Shown: positions 20,333 to 31,864, counted from the first letter of the stretch. The stretch: DNA of 64,000 nt from Candidatus Multivorans sp. (GCA_965224025.1 OZ245033.1:4384001-4448000), one strand, 5' to 3'. Program-made: numbers and translations. Notes: generated by a model not told the origin, from the letters alone.

Positions 20333-20385
20333 TAGAGTCCGCCCCCAACACTCCAGCAGCCCCCTCTTCAGGAGATCCACAACGA

Positions 20386-20991
20386 ATGCACCGACACACC
20401 ACCTGCCACCTCCTCTTGCTCAGCCTGTGCCTCGCGGTCGTCGGGCTCGCTCCCGCCGCCGCGCAGGAGCGTCCCGCCAGCCCCGAGGGCGCCGCGTCGA
20501 CCCAGATCGGCGACGCCTGGATCGACATCACCTATTCCCGGCCGATCCTTCGCGGACGCAACGGCTACTTCGGTTCCGGCGAGGAGTACGGCCAGGCGGC
20601 CAACGCCGGCGGTCCCGTCTGGCGGGTAGGAGCGAACGTAACGACCCGGATCAAGACCGAAGCCGACCTGATGATCGGCGGCACGACGGTGCCATCCGGC
20701 GAGTACAGCTTCTTCATCGAGCTGAAGGAGGGCGCCTGGACCGCGATCGTCTCGAAGCAGGGCTACATGGAGACGTTCGACCGCGAGAAGATGGCGGAAG
20801 GCCTCACCTGGGGCGCCTATGGCTACAACCCCGAGCACGACGTCGTACGGGCCAACATGATCACGTCCACAGAGGACTTCTCCATCGACCAGATGACGAT
20901 CGTGTTCACCGACGTCTCGGACGTCGGCGGCGCAATCGTCGTGATGTGGGACAACCAGATGGGCGTCCTGCCGTTCGGCGTCGCCCAGTAG
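20386..20991 (+). CDS. DUF2911 family secreted protein
   Basis: RPASP, ITYSRP..RGR, VWRVGAN, GEYSFF motifs; signal peptide. Confidence 0.8.
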   Translation: MHRHTTCHLLLLSLCLAVVGLAPAAAQERPASPEGAASTQIGDAWIDITYSRPILRGRNGYFGSGEEYGQAANAGGPVWRVGANVTTRIKTEADLMIGGTTVPSGEYSFFIELKEGAWTAIVSKQGYMETFDREKMAEGLTWGAYGYNPEHDVVRANMITSTEDFSIDQMTIVFTDVSDVGGAIVVMWDNQMGVLPFGVAQ

Positions 20992-21022
20992 CGGCAAGCG
21001 CGTCCGGCAGTCTCAGTTTCCC

Positions 21023-21056
21023 GCGGCGGCCCGGGCCTCCTCGGCCCGGGCGCCGC
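21023..21056. terminator. GC-rich hairpin between convergent genes (possible terminator, no U-tract)
   Basis: GCGGCGGCCCGGGCC-TCCTC-GGCCCGGGCGCCGC. Confidence 0.4.
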
Positions 21057-22052
21057 TCAGGCGTCGCACGCCCGGTAGGCGTCGATCACCGCCCGCTCGC
21101 CGTCGCGCCCCGGCTTCGAGTTGCCGTGCTCCATACCCACGATGCCGTCGAAGCCCTTCTGCTTGAGATGCCGGAACACGCTGAGGTAGTTGATCTCGCC
21201 GGTGGTCGGCTCCTTCCGCCCCGGGTTGTCGCCGACCTGGATGTAGGCGATCTCGTCCCACGCACGGTCGAGGTTCGGGATCAGGTTCCCCTCGGTGATC
21301 TGCTGGTGGTACAGGTCGTCGAGGATCTTGACCGAGGGTGAGCCGACCGCCTTGCAGAGCTGGTAGGCCTGCGGAATCCCGGTCAGGAACACGCCGGGGT
21401 GGTTCGTCCAGTGATTGAGCGGCTCGAGCACCGCGACGAGTCCGGCCGGCTCCAGGATCGCCGCCGCGCGCTTCAGGTTCTCGACCACGTTCGCCGTCTG
21501 GTACTCCCACTCGAGGCCCGGGTCGAACTGACCGGGGACCACCGTGCACCACGTTGCGTTCACTCTCTTCCCGATCTCGGCCGCCTTCCTCATGTCCGCC
21601 TCGATCGCCTCGCGCACCGAGGAGTCGGAGGAGGCGAAGCTCACGCCGCCCCAGGAGGTGTGGGCGACGAAGACGCCCATCTCCATCCCCAGCCGGTCCA
21701 GCTCGGCGGCGATCTTCTCCTGGAGCGAAACATCCCGCCCGGCCATGCCGTTGTCCTCCAGGGCCCGAAAGCCCTCGTCTTGCATGAACCGGAGTTGGTC
21801 GATGTGGTCGTCGCCGGCATGGTGCCGGAACATCCCGAAGTGGGGCGCGTACTTGAGCTCGAATGCACCCTTGGCGACAGGTTGGACCGCCCGGGCTCTC
21901 GCCGCGCTCGGCACGGCGGCCTCTACCGCAAGCACCGCCCCGGCGGCCGCGCCTCCGACAAGAAGCTCGCGCCGGCCGATCGCTCGCGTACTCGAGCCTT
22001 CCGAGTGTCTTCTCCCGGCTCCGGTTGCGGAGTCTCCATCTGAATGATGCAT
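21057..22052 (-). CDS. Hydroxypyruvate isomerase-like TIM barrel protein with Tat signal
   Basis: IGRRELL twin-arginine motif; VLEPLN, DLYHQQITEGN, QVGDNPGRKEPTTGEINY, GMEH. Confidence 0.85.
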   Translation of the reverse strand: MHHSDGDSATGAGRRHSEGSSTRAIGRRELLVGGAAAGAVLAVEAAVPSAARARAVQPVAKGAFELKYAPHFGMFRHHAGDDHIDQLRFMQDEGFRALEDNGMAGRDVSLQEKIAAELDRLGMEMGVFVAHTSWGGVSFASSDSSVREAIEADMRKAAEIGKRVNATWCTVVPGQFDPGLEWEYQTANVVENLKRAAAILEPAGLVAVLEPLNHWTNHPGVFLTGIPQAYQLCKAVGSPSVKILDDLYHQQITEGNLIPNLDRAWDEIAYIQVGDNPGRKEPTTGEINYLSVFRHLKQKGFDGIVGMEHGNSKPGRDGERAVIDAYRACDA

Positions 22053-22095
22053 CGTGGCAGAGTAGCAGCCCCATGAGGACCTCAAAGGAACCGAC

Positions 22096-25000
22096 ATGAC
22101 CAGAACATCGCTCGCTCTGCGCACCCTCGGCCACGTTCTAATCGCCGCCACGTCGACCGCCGCATCGGCGGTCGACGTGGCGGACACGCGCCTCCTGTCC
22201 CAACCCGCGGTCAGCGCCGAGCACGTGGTCTTCGCCTACGCCGGCGACCTCTGGATCACCGGTCGCGACGGCAGCGGTGCGCGCCGGCTGACCTCCCACC
22301 CGGGCAACGAGACCAACCCCCGGTTCTCCCCCGACGGTTCCCTGGTCGCGTTCAGCGCCGAGTACGACGGCAACGTCGACGTGTTCGTCATGCCGGCCGC
22401 GGGCGGCGAGCCGAAGCGGCTGACCTGGCACCCCGGCGCCGACTTCGTCCAGGGATTCACCGTCGACGGTTCAGCGGTCCTGTTCGCATCCCAGCGCAGC
22501 ATGTTCACGAACCGTCACTTCCAGCTCTTCACCGTGCCCCTGACCGGTGGACTGCCCACGAAGCTGCCCATCCCGCACGGGCTGCGGGCCAGCTATTCGC
22601 CCGACGGACGCCGCATCGCCTACATCCCCACCCCCGAGCGCTTCCAGCAATGGAAGAACTACCGCGGCGGCACGACTTCACGCATCTGGATCTACGACAC
22701 CGGGGACCACTCCGTGCAGACGATCCCCCAGCCCGAGGGCCGCTCGAACGACACGAACCCGACCTGGATCGGCAACCGGGTCTTCTTCCGCTCCGACCGG
22801 GACGGCGAGTTCAACGTCTTCTCGTTCGACACCGGCAGCGGCGAGATCGTCCGGCACTCCGAGTTCGAGGACTTCCACGTTGAGGATCTCTCGGGATCGG
22901 CCGACACCGTGATCTACGAGCAGGCCGGATACCTGCACCTCTACGATCCGGCCTCGGACCGGCACGAGCGCCTTCGTATCGGCGTCGCGGCCGACCTCAC
23001 CGAGACTCGCCCGCGCTGGGTCGAGGGTCCGGAGTACATCCGCAGCGCTTCCATCTCGCCCTCAGGGGCCCGCGCCGTGTTCGAGTACCGAGGCGAGGTG
23101 CTGACCCTGCCCGCAAAGAAGGGTGACGCCCGCAACCTGACGCGGACTCCGGGCATCCACGAGCGCTTCCCGGCCTGGTCGCCCGACGGCGGACGCATCG
23201 CCTACTTCTCGGACGAAGGCGGCGAGTACCGCCTCCACGTCCGCACCCAGGACAGCGGCGAGGTCCGCCGCTACGAACTCGGCGGCGAGCGCGGCGGCGC
23301 CGGCTTCTACCAGAACCCCGAGTGGTCGCCCGACGGCAAGCGGATTAGCTACGCCGACAACTCGATGACCTTGTTCGTGATCGACACGGACAGCGGCGAC
23401 GTGACGAAGATCGCAAGCGAGTACTACTACGGACCCGCCGCTCCGAGGCCTGGCCACGCCTGGTCGCCGGACTCGCGGTACATCGCCTACACCCTGAACA
23501 CCCGCTCCTACATGCAGCAGGTGTTCGTCTACGACGTGGAAGCCGGCAGCTCCCATGCCGTTACCGACGGCCTGAGCGAGGTCGGCGAACCGGTGTTCGA
23601 CCGGAGCGGCGACTACCTCTACTTCGCGGCCTCCACCGACGCCGGTCCGGTGAAGCACTGGTTCGCGATGTCGAACGCCGACATGGAGGTTTCGAACTCC
23701 ATCTACGTCGCCGTCTTGCGCTCGGACGGCGAATCGCCCCTGGCCCCGGAAAGCGATGAAGAGACAGTGGAGGCCGGCGAAGAGGGCGCGGACGGTGAGA
23801 GCGAAGAGGATGTGGAAGCCGGGGACGGCGAAGACGAGGACGCCGATGACGAGGACGCCGATGACGAGCCGCGGGTCGAGATTGACTTCGACGGGCTGAA
23901 CCAGCGCATCCTGGCGCTTCCGGTCGAGACCGGCGGCTACGGCAACCTGGAGGCCGGCGCGCCGGGCAAGCTCTACTACGTGCGCTCCCAAGCGGCATCC
24001 CGGTTCGGCGGCGGCGGCGGCGACCTCATCCGCTTCGACCTGGAAGACCGCGAAGAGACGGTCCTTCTTTCAGGCGTCAGCGGTTTCTCTCTCAGCGCCG
24101 ACGGCAAGAAAGTGCTCTACGCGGGCCAGGACGACTTCGGTATCGCGGACGCGTCGACCAAGATCGATCGCACGAAGAGCGCGATCCCGACAGGCAAGCT
24201 GACTGTCCGTATCGACCCCCGCGCCGAATGGCAGCAGATCTACGACGAGGTCTGGCGGATCAACCGCGACTACTTCTACGACCCCGGCATGCACGGCGCC
24301 GACTGGCCGGCGATGGGAGAGAAGTACGGCGGCTTCCTCGCCGATGTCACCTCCCGCGCCGACTTGAACAAGGTGCTGCGCTGGATGTGCAGCGAGATCG
24401 CGGTCGGCCACCATCGGGTCGGCGGCGGCGACCGGCGGAACGATCCGGAGCGGGTAGGCGGCGGCCTGCTCGGCGCCGACTTCGAACTCGCCGACGGGCG
24501 CTACCGCTTCGCCAACGTGTTGGGCGGTCTGAACTGGAACCCCGAACTGCGGGCGCCGCTCACCGAACCGGGCGTGTCCGTCACCGCCGGCGAGTACCTG
24601 CTCGCGGTCGACGGGATCGATCTCGACGCCGCGGACAACGTGCACGCACGGTTCGAGAACACCGCCGGCAAGATCGTCGAGCTGACCGTCGGCCCGAACG
24701 CCGACGGCGCGGACTCGCGGACAGTCTCCGTCGTGCCGGTCCCCAACGAATCGGCGCTGCGCAACCGCGAGTGGGTCGAGCGGAACCTGGCCAAGGTCGA
24801 TGAAGCGACCGACGGCCGGGTCGCCTACGTCTACGTCCCTAACACGACCACCCTCGGCCACACCTACTTCAAGCGTTACTTCTTCCCCCAGGTCCACAAG
24901 CAGGCCCTGATCGTCGACGAGCGCTTCAACGGCGGCGGCCAGGTCGCCGACTACTACATCGACCACCTGCGGCGCCCGTACATCAGCCACTGGGCAACCC

Positions 25001-25419
25001 GCTACGGCGCCGACTTCCGCACGCCGAGCGCGGCGATCCTGGGACCGAAGGTCATGATCATCGACGAAACGGCCGGCTCCGGCGGCGACCTGTTGCCCTG
25101 GATGTTCAACAAACTGGGTCTCGGCACCCTGGTCGGCAAGCGCACCTGGGGCGGCCTGGTCGGCACGCTCGGCTTCCCGATCCTGATGGACGGCGGATTC
25201 GTCACGGCGCCCAACCTCGCGATCTGGACCGAGGACGGCTTCGTGGTCGAGAACGTCGGCGTGCCGCCCGACGTCGATGTCGAGCAGTGGCCGGCGGACG
25301 TCATCGCCGGCCGCGACCCGCAACTCGAGAAAGCGATCGAGATCGTCCTCGAGCAGTTGGAAGAGAACCCGCCGGCGGAACCGGCCAAACCGCCCTTCCC
25401 GGTGCGCGTGCGGCGTTAG
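22096..25419 (+). CDS. Tricorn protease homologue (peptidase S41, PD40 propellers + PDZ)
   Basis: PRFSPDG/WSPDG repeats; WKNYRGG; DERFNGGG; AGSGGD catalytic Ser; GKRTWGG; ENVGVPPD. Confidence 0.95.
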   Translation: MTRTSLALRTLGHVLIAATSTAASAVDVADTRLLSQPAVSAEHVVFAYAGDLWITGRDGSGARRLTSHPGNETNPRFSPDGSLVAFSAEYDGNVDVFVMPAAGGEPKRLTWHPGADFVQGFTVDGSAVLFASQRSMFTNRHFQLFTVPLTGGLPTKLPIPHGLRASYSPDGRRIAYIPTPERFQQWKNYRGGTTSRIWIYDTGDHSVQTIPQPEGRSNDTNPTWIGNRVFFRSDRDGEFNVFSFDTGSGEIVRHSEFEDFHVEDLSGSADTVIYEQAGYLHLYDPASDRHERLRIGVAADLTETRPRWVEGPEYIRSASISPSGARAVFEYRGEVLTLPAKKGDARNLTRTPGIHERFPAWSPDGGRIAYFSDEGGEYRLHVRTQDSGEVRRYELGGERGGAGFYQNPEWSPDGKRISYADNSMTLFVIDTDSGDVTKIASEYYYGPAAPRPGHAWSPDSRYIAYTLNTRSYMQQVFVYDVEAGSSHAVTDGLSEVGEPVFDRSGDYLYFAASTDAGPVKHWFAMSNADMEVSNSIYVAVLRSDGESPLAPESDEETVEAGEEGADGESEEDVEAGDGEDEDADDEDADDEPRVEIDFDGLNQRILALPVETGGYGNLEAGAPGKLYYVRSQAASRFGGGGGDLIRFDLEDREETVLLSGVSGFSLSADGKKVLYAGQDDFGIADASTKIDRTKSAIPTGKLTVRIDPRAEWQQIYDEVWRINRDYFYDPGMHGADWPAMGEKYGGFLADVTSRADLNKVLRWMCSEIAVGHHRVGGGDRRNDPERVGGGLLGADFELADGRYRFANVLGGLNWNPELRAPLTEPGVSVTAGEYLLAVDGIDLDAADNVHARFENTAGKIVELTVGPNADGADSRTVSVVPVPNESALRNREWVERNLAKVDEATDGRVAYVYVPNTTTLGHTYFKRYFFPQVHKQALIVDERFNGGGQVADYYIDHLRRPYISHWATRYGADFRTPSAAILGPKVMIIDETAGSGGDLLPWMFNKLGLGTLVGKRTWGGLVGTLGFPILMDGGFVTAPNLAIWTEDGFVVENVGVPPDVDVEQWPADVIAGRDPQLEKAIEIVLEQLEENPPAEPAKPPFPVRVRR

Positions 25420-25431
25420 GGCTCCCCGCCC

Positions 25432-26238
25432 ATGAACGTCAGCTACCTGCTCCCGCGCCTGCGCGCCGAGTGGCGCAAGACCATGCGGCGCGAACTCTCC
25501 GAGGCCGACGTACACCCGCGCTTCAGGACGCGGGAACGGCATTTCCACTCGCCGCCGATGACCGCGGAGATGGTGGCGGCGATTGCCCGCCTGTCGCCCC
25601 AGTTCCACCTCGAGCCCGGGGACACCTCGCGGTCGTTCTGGGAATTGACCCAGAACGGGTCCTGCTGGGGCGAGTTCGATGCCGCGGCGCCCGTTCTCCG
25701 AGCCATTCCCCAGCCGAACAAGACCCTGGACATCGGCTGCGGCCTGGGCCGGTCGACCGCCTTCTTCCAGCGCGCCCTCGGCTGGGCGGAGACGGAGTTC
25801 CATCTCTACGACGGCAACGGCCCGCCGATCGACTATCCCCGTAGCGCGGCGCGCATCGACCGATCGTTCTGCGGCGACCTCAACGCCCTGCGGCAGGTGC
25901 TGGAGTACAACGAAGTGCGGCAATTCCGCATCTTCGACGCCCACGACCTGGACCACTGCCTGGACGCCTTGCCAGGACCCTACGACGTCGTCTACTCCTT
26001 CTACGCCGCCGGTTTCCACTGGTCCCTCGCCGACTTCTGGGACGAGTTCGAGGCGCTCTCGCACGACCGAACCGTGGGCATCTTCACGATTCACCGCAAC
26101 TTTGAGGAATTTCCGTGCCTCCGAAACTGGACTTTCCGGATCGTCCCCTTCGAGCGCAGCCTGACCAAGGACAGGCCCCATCGGCTCCTGATTGCAGCGC
26201 GCGACGACGAGTACCTACGCTCCCTGGACACGCGCTGA
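25432..26238 (+). CDS. Class I SAM-dependent methyltransferase
   Basis: LDIGCGLGR motif I; PYDVVYS motif. Confidence 0.75.
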   Translation: MNVSYLLPRLRAEWRKTMRRELSEADVHPRFRTRERHFHSPPMTAEMVAAIARLSPQFHLEPGDTSRSFWELTQNGSCWGEFDAAAPVLRAIPQPNKTLDIGCGLGRSTAFFQRALGWAETEFHLYDGNGPPIDYPRSAARIDRSFCGDLNALRQVLEYNEVRQFRIFDAHDLDHCLDALPGPYDVVYSFYAAGFHWSLADFWDEFEALSHDRTVGIFTIHRNFEEFPCLRNWTFRIVPFERSLTKDRPHRLLIAARDDEYLRSLDTR

Positions 26239-26376
26239 CCACACCGAGTGTCGGTGCGCCGGCCTGTGGCCGCGGGTCTCTTGACCCGCGGAGAAGAATG
26301 CCAGATGCCGCGAAGCGGCGCGGCTACCTGCCGCGCTACGCTAGGCCCAACTACAAACAGCCCAGGGAGGGACGCG

Positions 26377-26784
26377 ATGCTCGATTCGTTCAAGAACTGC
26401 CAGCCCCAAACCTACGCCGCGATGCGGATCGTCGCCGGCTTCCTGTTCCTCTGGCACGGAGCGCAGAAGCTGCTGAACTTCCCGCTCGACGCGCCCGAGG
26501 CGCCGGCCTTCATGCTCTACATCGCCGGGCCGATCGAACTGATCGGCGGCGCCCTGATGATGCTCGGCCTGTTCACGCGCCCGGTCGCCTTCCTCGCCAG
26601 CGGGCTCATGGCCTTCGCCTACTTCATCGGCCATGTGTTCCGGCCGGTCGAGGATCCCGGCGTCCTGCACTACGTGTTTCCCTTGGTGAACCAGGGTGAG
26701 CTCGCCGTCCTGTACTGCTTCGTGTTCCTCTACATCGCCGCGAAGGGCAACGGCATGTGCAGCCTCGGCGGCGACGAGGACTGA
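26377..26784 (+). CDS. DoxX family membrane protein
   Basis: MRIVAGFLFLWHGAQKL, IELIGG, GLFTRPVAF, NQGELAVLYC; RBS GGAGG upstream. Confidence 0.9.
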   Translation: MLDSFKNCQPQTYAAMRIVAGFLFLWHGAQKLLNFPLDAPEAPAFMLYIAGPIELIGGALMMLGLFTRPVAFLASGLMAFAYFIGHVFRPVEDPGVLHYVFPLVNQGELAVLYCFVFLYIAAKGNGMCSLGGDED

Positions 26785-26819
26785 GAGCACGCGGCGACAC
26801 CCTCGAAGAAGGGCGTCGG

Positions 26820-29800
26820 TCAACCGTCGATCTCGACCTCGACGACGCGCCGCCGCTCTGTCCGCACAGTCCGAGAGCGGTCGCCCCAACGCAGGGTATA
26901 GGTTCCGACCGGAAGATTGGGGATCGCTTCGCCGACGCGGAACGTCCGCGCGCCGCCGAACCAGAGTTGCAACTCGCCGAGATTCCAGCCGCCCGGGCCC
27001 TCGATCTCGATTGCGGGCCCGGGGGGCTCGCCGACGAGGACGATCGTTGAGGTCGATTCGCGGCCGTCGAGGTCCACTCCCCGCTCCAGAGCACGCTCCA
27101 GATCCTGCCAGCCGCCCAGGATGAAGCGCCCATCCGCGCGGCAGGCGACCTTCACCCGCTCCGGGAGCGGCGGCGAGAGCTCCTGCCTGGCCGTACCCCG
27201 ATCGATCCGGACCACCTGCGAGAATCCCGAGTCCAACGCCACGAAGCAGAAGCCGCCCTCGGCGCCCGCTATGCGAATCTCCAGCTCATCGCTCGGCGCG
27301 TCGTCCAGCAGCGTCAGTTGAACCGACGCGCTCTCGCCGTACTCCCGCAACTCGACGTCGACCAGCCGGGAGCGCTGGCCGCGAAGCCGCGCCCGCAACT
27401 GGTACGCGCCCGGCGCGAGTCCCAGCGCCACGAACCGGCCGTCCTCGCCCGCCACCACGGCTCGGCGCCCCGGAAAGACATCGACCGTCGCGTGGCGGGC
27501 GGCGGCGCCCTCGGCATCCAGCACGACGCCCGCGACCGAAGCGCCCGTGTAGTCGAAGTTCAGGACAACGTCCTCGGCGTCGCCGTCCGGCACCCGGACC
27601 TCCCTCACCTCCTGCATGCCGCCCCGAAGCGGCATCCAGATCACCTCCCAGGCGCCTGGCAGCACATCCTCCATCAAGTAGCGGCCCTCCGGGTCAAGAG
27701 TTGCCTTCCGATCGCGCGGCCGGTTCGTGACCATCCGAGTCCGGCTCAGGCCGCCAGCGACCGTCCTGATGAAGCCCTCGGACATCGTCGCCGCCTGCTT
27801 CTGCTCTTCCACAGCAGCATGCCGCCGCCCGGCCGCTCCCCGAGCGTCACCCGGCCCAGGACGCGCTTCGTCTCGCGGTCGCAGCGAATCGAGACGCCGC
27901 CCGTCTCACTGTGCTCATCCCGGCCGCAGACGGGCACGCCGTCTGCCAGCACCGTCAGCCGAAAGCCGCCTTCGGGAACTGCTTCGATCGTGGCCCTCCG
28001 GTCGCTCAGTTCGGCCGTCAACTGATCCCGCGGATGGCCAAGCCCTCCGGAGTCGATCACGACCTGACCCTGGCCGACATCCGAGCGTACGTTCACCCGT
28101 CGGCCACGCGACAACGCGATCGTCCCAGCATTGATCCCGTCGAGCCCGGCGGCCTCCACCTCGAACTCGAAGGGCGCGAAGCCCTCCGCCTCCACGCGCA
28201 GGGTCGAGACGCCGGGATCCAGTCCGAACAGTTCAAAGCGGCCCTCCCGGTCCGTCTCGACCGAATCGATGAGGCCCAGTTCCGACGCGAACAAGGGCCC
28301 AAATTCAGAGGGGCGGGTGTACGACACTTCGGCCCCGAACAGGGGCGCGTACTCCGGGTTCACGACGAAACCGTGGACCCAAGCCGACGCCGGCGCTACG
28401 AGAACGCCGAGGTCTCGCTTCTCCCCTGCCGAACCCGAGACCTCTACCCGCAGCACGCCCGCGTTGCCGGCCGAGAGCTCCAACTCCCAGGCGCCGGCGT
28501 CCAGCTCGATCGAGAAGGCGCCATCGGACGCCATCTCGCCGAACGTGCTCCCCGTTCCTCCTTCGACCTCCGTTCGGGCCGTCACGCGCCCTCCGGCGGC
28601 GGGGGTCGAACCCTCGGCCGCCACGTATGTGCCTTCGACTGTGAACACGGGGGCCAGCCGGATGGCGAACGGCCGGTCCGCAGTCCGGCCGACACCGCGG
28701 GGCAACTCCTGCTGCGCGAGATCGTAGCCCTCGGCCTCTACGAGGATCACCGCGCCCTCGAGACGCAGAAAATCGACAGTGCCGTTCTCGTCGACCGTCT
28801 TCCACGCACCGCCTCCCGCATGGACCCTGGCGCCGGCGACCGGCCGCCCCGTCAGACCGTTCAGGATCCGAATCCACACGGTCTCCGGCGCCGTCAGCAC
28901 CACGTCGCCCAGGTCGGTCGATTCAACAAGCTCGAAAGTGCGCGAGAACAAGAGCTCGCCGCGTTCCGCCCTGAGCGACGCCTCGCCGACCCCAAAGCCG
29001 GTGAGAAGGAACCTGCCGTCGGCGTCCGACTCGGCCTCGTGGCGCCCCATCAGGCCTCCGCTCCCGGGAATCCACGCCAGACTGGAGATGCGCGCTTCCG
29101 CGACGGGTTCGCCGGCATCGTTCACGGCTCGACCGGCAATCGAGAAACCCGGACCGAGTTCGACCTTCGACGGCACGTCGCCGGGCCTGGCGAACGCAGC
29201 AGGAAGGCGTCCCTTGCCCGAGACGAGCACCAGAACCCTCTCCTGCTCGACCACCGGGATCTCGATCCGGCCGGCGTCGTCCACGACCTCGTAGACCAGC
29301 AACTCGGCTTGGCGCTGCAGACCCCTGGCAGGCCGTACCAGGGACAGACGCCCCACTTCGAGCGGCTCGTGGTCCGCGGTGACGTCGACCGCGAGATGCA
29401 ACGCGGGCCGCAGGACAAGGTTTACAGTGTCCTCCTCGGGGAGGACATCGCGCCATGGCGTAACCGCGCCGCCGAAACTGGCCCGAACGCGCCACGGCCC
29501 GGGACTGCGCGGCAACGACAGCGCCGAAGACAGGTTGGTAGCCGTCGTGGGCAGCAGGCCCAGAGGCACTTCCCGCCACATCTCGGCCGGCGCGGCGACG
29601 ACGCGGATGCCGACCGACGAGTCGACCTCCGGTCGCAGCGAATCATCGGGGGTCCGCGACGGCATGATCACAAGTCGCAGACGGCGGTCCGATCCACAGG
29701 CGGCCGCCGGATCCTCACCGGGGAGAATGCGGCTGACCGCGCATGTGTCGTTCCACGACCAACAATGAGTGATCTCCCTCTCCGACAGCTGCTCAAGACG

Positions 29801-29977
29801 TCCCCAGATCCGCTGCAGCGAAGCCGCGGCCAGAGGCTCCGACGGAAACACGCGCCGGGCCGTGTCGACGCAGACGAACCGAGTCGGTCCCGCGTCCGGC
29901 GCCTCCTCGACTTGGGCAAGCGCGGGTCCCCACGACGAGACGACCCCGGCCGCCGCGGCCGCGAGAAGAAGCCGCAT
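26820..29977 (-). CDS. Large secreted carboxypeptidase-regulatory-like (beta-sandwich) repeat protein, frameshift near 27810
   Basis: Repeats such as IAGRAVNDAGEPVAEA, DADGRF, ETDREGRFELFGL, VAGVVLDAEG...GLAPGAY; ORFs 27746-29977 and 26820-27812 appear to be one gene. Confidence 0.7.
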
Positions 29978-29981
29978 CGCC

Positions 29982-31427
29982 TCAATCTTTCGGAGCGCTG
30001 AGTCGAGCCTCGAAAATCTCGGACGGTCGCCAGTAGAGCGGACTGATCGACTCGCTACGAAGCAGGATGACAGCACGCCCGGCGCGAAGATCGGCACGCA
30101 GGCGGGCGTCGCTCCGTTCCGACTCGATGGCGCAGGGCAGCCGCGCCACGGCACCGAAATCGTCCACTCGAGCATAGACGAGATCCCAACAGACCCTGCC
30201 GCTGGGAGGATACGCGGCGTCAGCCGGCAAACTGTCTGCTGCCGAGGACTCCGTCCCCGGACCCGGCGTGACCTGCACGAGATTGACGACGATGGGTCCA
30301 CCCTGGCTCCCGCTCTGGACTACTCTCCCGCCCTCCGCGTGGAGCCAAGTCATCGCTTCTTCGGCTTCCTCGCGGTTACGCACCGGCACGACAACCGGTT
30401 CACCGTCCTCGGTCTGTTCGATCAGCTTCTTCAAGCCCTCCAGATCTAAGCCGTCTAGCGGCGACGCCTGAACTCCCTGCTTCGTGCCGCCCTTGGCTGT
30501 GCCTCCGCCTACCGGGGACGGCGCCGATGCGGAGGATGGGACCGACCCCCGGCTCGAAACTCCTGGCGAGACATGGCGAACGAAGAAGAAGGTATTGCCG
30601 ACACCATCCGCGACGATCTCGTCGATCACGCGCCGCTCGTTCAGCCAAGCCACTCGGTACGGGGCCTGCGCCAGCAGAACCCTCCGTTCGTCCCCGATCT
30701 CGCAGGCCGTGTCGGCAGAGAACAGCTCGGCGTTGAAGCTGTCGAGGAGCAGGCCGTTCCGGTCATACACGAACAGGCCGGGCTCGGCACCAGGAGCGAC
30801 GAGAAGGCGGTCCTCCGAAAGGAAACGGACCACTGAGAGCCCCGCCTGGTAGCACCGCGCCATCGCCAGGCCCGCATCGCGTGTCGGCAGCAGTGCTCGC
30901 GCCTCGTCCTCGTCGTCGTGGAACAGCCAGGCGATGTGGTCCTCCCAGCCGCGATCCTCGGTGCGGGCGAGACCGACCGCGGCCGTCAGCCGGCCCCTTC
31001 GATCGACGTCGCCAACGATCTCGACATCTTTCAGAAGGCGAATTCCGGTCTCTTCCTGAAGGAAGACACCGAACGCGCCGTTCGCGACAGCGACCGCGCC
31101 CCGACTCGCGCCGCCGACACGACTGTAACTCTGACGGCCCGGGAGGCGATGTTCCGTCCTGGCCAGTGTGGCTTTGAGTTCGACCCGCTCGGTCCCGATA
31201 CGCCAGGAGTAGAGACCGCGGTCGATGACGCCCAACAGAACCTCATCCTCCGCGAGCCACCGCACATCGGTCGCATGGGCGACTTCGTCGGGAAGAGCGA
31301 TGGCCCGCAGATCGTCGAGCATCGGTCCCGCCGAATCGTCCCACGCCCCGAGTTCCGGCGGAGCCCATGCCAACGCCAATAGCGCGGCACAAACGGCCGG
31401 GCTACCCGCCGAACGCCCGCGCCTCAT
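29982..31427 (-). CDS. Secreted hypothetical protein, probable beta-propeller, co-oriented with the downstream gene
   Basis: Signal-like MRRGRSAGSPAVCAALLALAWA; beta-rich; stop 4 nt before the next ATG. The ORF-track extension to 32462 overlaps the SDR gene and is likely spurious. Confidence 0.6.
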   Translation of the reverse strand: MRRGRSAGSPAVCAALLALAWAPPELGAWDDSAGPMLDDLRAIALPDEVAHATDVRWLAEDEVLLGVIDRGLYSWRIGTERVELKATLARTEHRLPGRQSYSRVGGASRGAVAVANGAFGVFLQEETGIRLLKDVEIVGDVDRRGRLTAAVGLARTEDRGWEDHIAWLFHDDEDEARALLPTRDAGLAMARCYQAGLSVVRFLSEDRLLVAPGAEPGLFVYDRNGLLLDSFNAELFSADTACEIGDERRVLLAQAPYRVAWLNERRVIDEIVADGVGNTFFFVRHVSPGVSSRGSVPSSASAPSPVGGGTAKGGTKQGVQASPLDGLDLEGLKKLIEQTEDGEPVVVPVRNREEAEEAMTWLHAEGGRVVQSGSQGGPIVVNLVQVTPGPGTESSAADSLPADAAYPPSGRVCWDLVYARVDDFGAVARLPCAIESERSDARLRADLRAGRAVILLRSESISPLYWRPSEIFEARLSAPKD

Positions 31428-31552
31428 CCCTATTCTCCCTGTCTCTTGCGTTGTCGCGCTCGTCTCTGAGGCCAGGACGCAACCACTGTCAATGGTCGAA
31501 GCAGCATAGCCAACTCCGTCCGGAATCCACACGACCTGAGCCTGACGAGTGC

Positions 31553-31850
31553 CGGACCTGTGTCCGCCACGACCGCTCCACTCACCCGGCCGCAGCGATC
31601 TCCTGCTCAACCTCTTCGGGCGGATAGTCAACCGAGGCGACCCCCGCTTCACCCAGGAGAGCGACGAAGTCCTCGGGCACCATCGCGGCGACCTTGGCGG
31701 CCCGGGTGAGGGAGAGATGGCGGCTCTCGAACAGATGCAGCGCCAGCGCACGGTGGGCACCGTGACAGAGAAGCCGGTCATCGAACGGCACGGCCAGGAT
31801 CGTCGGGCGCCCGTGCTTGGTGACGATCGCAAGGCGCCCCTCCTCCGCGC
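31553..31850 (-). pseudogene. Remnant TA pair: N-truncated UPF0175-like antitoxin plus first codons of a DUF3368/PIN-like toxin
   Basis: AEEGRLAIVTKHGRPTILAVPFDD...LSLTRAAKVA...VDYPPEEVEQE without a start; overlapping GTG-SGAVVADTGP, after which similarity stops. Confidence 0.55.
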
Positions 31851-31864
31851 CAGGGCGATGTCTT

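Noticed and set aside
23833-23868. 15-bp tandem repeat (DEDAD) in the tricorn gene
   Set aside because: Ordinary slippage in an acidic linker that is commonly variable in this family
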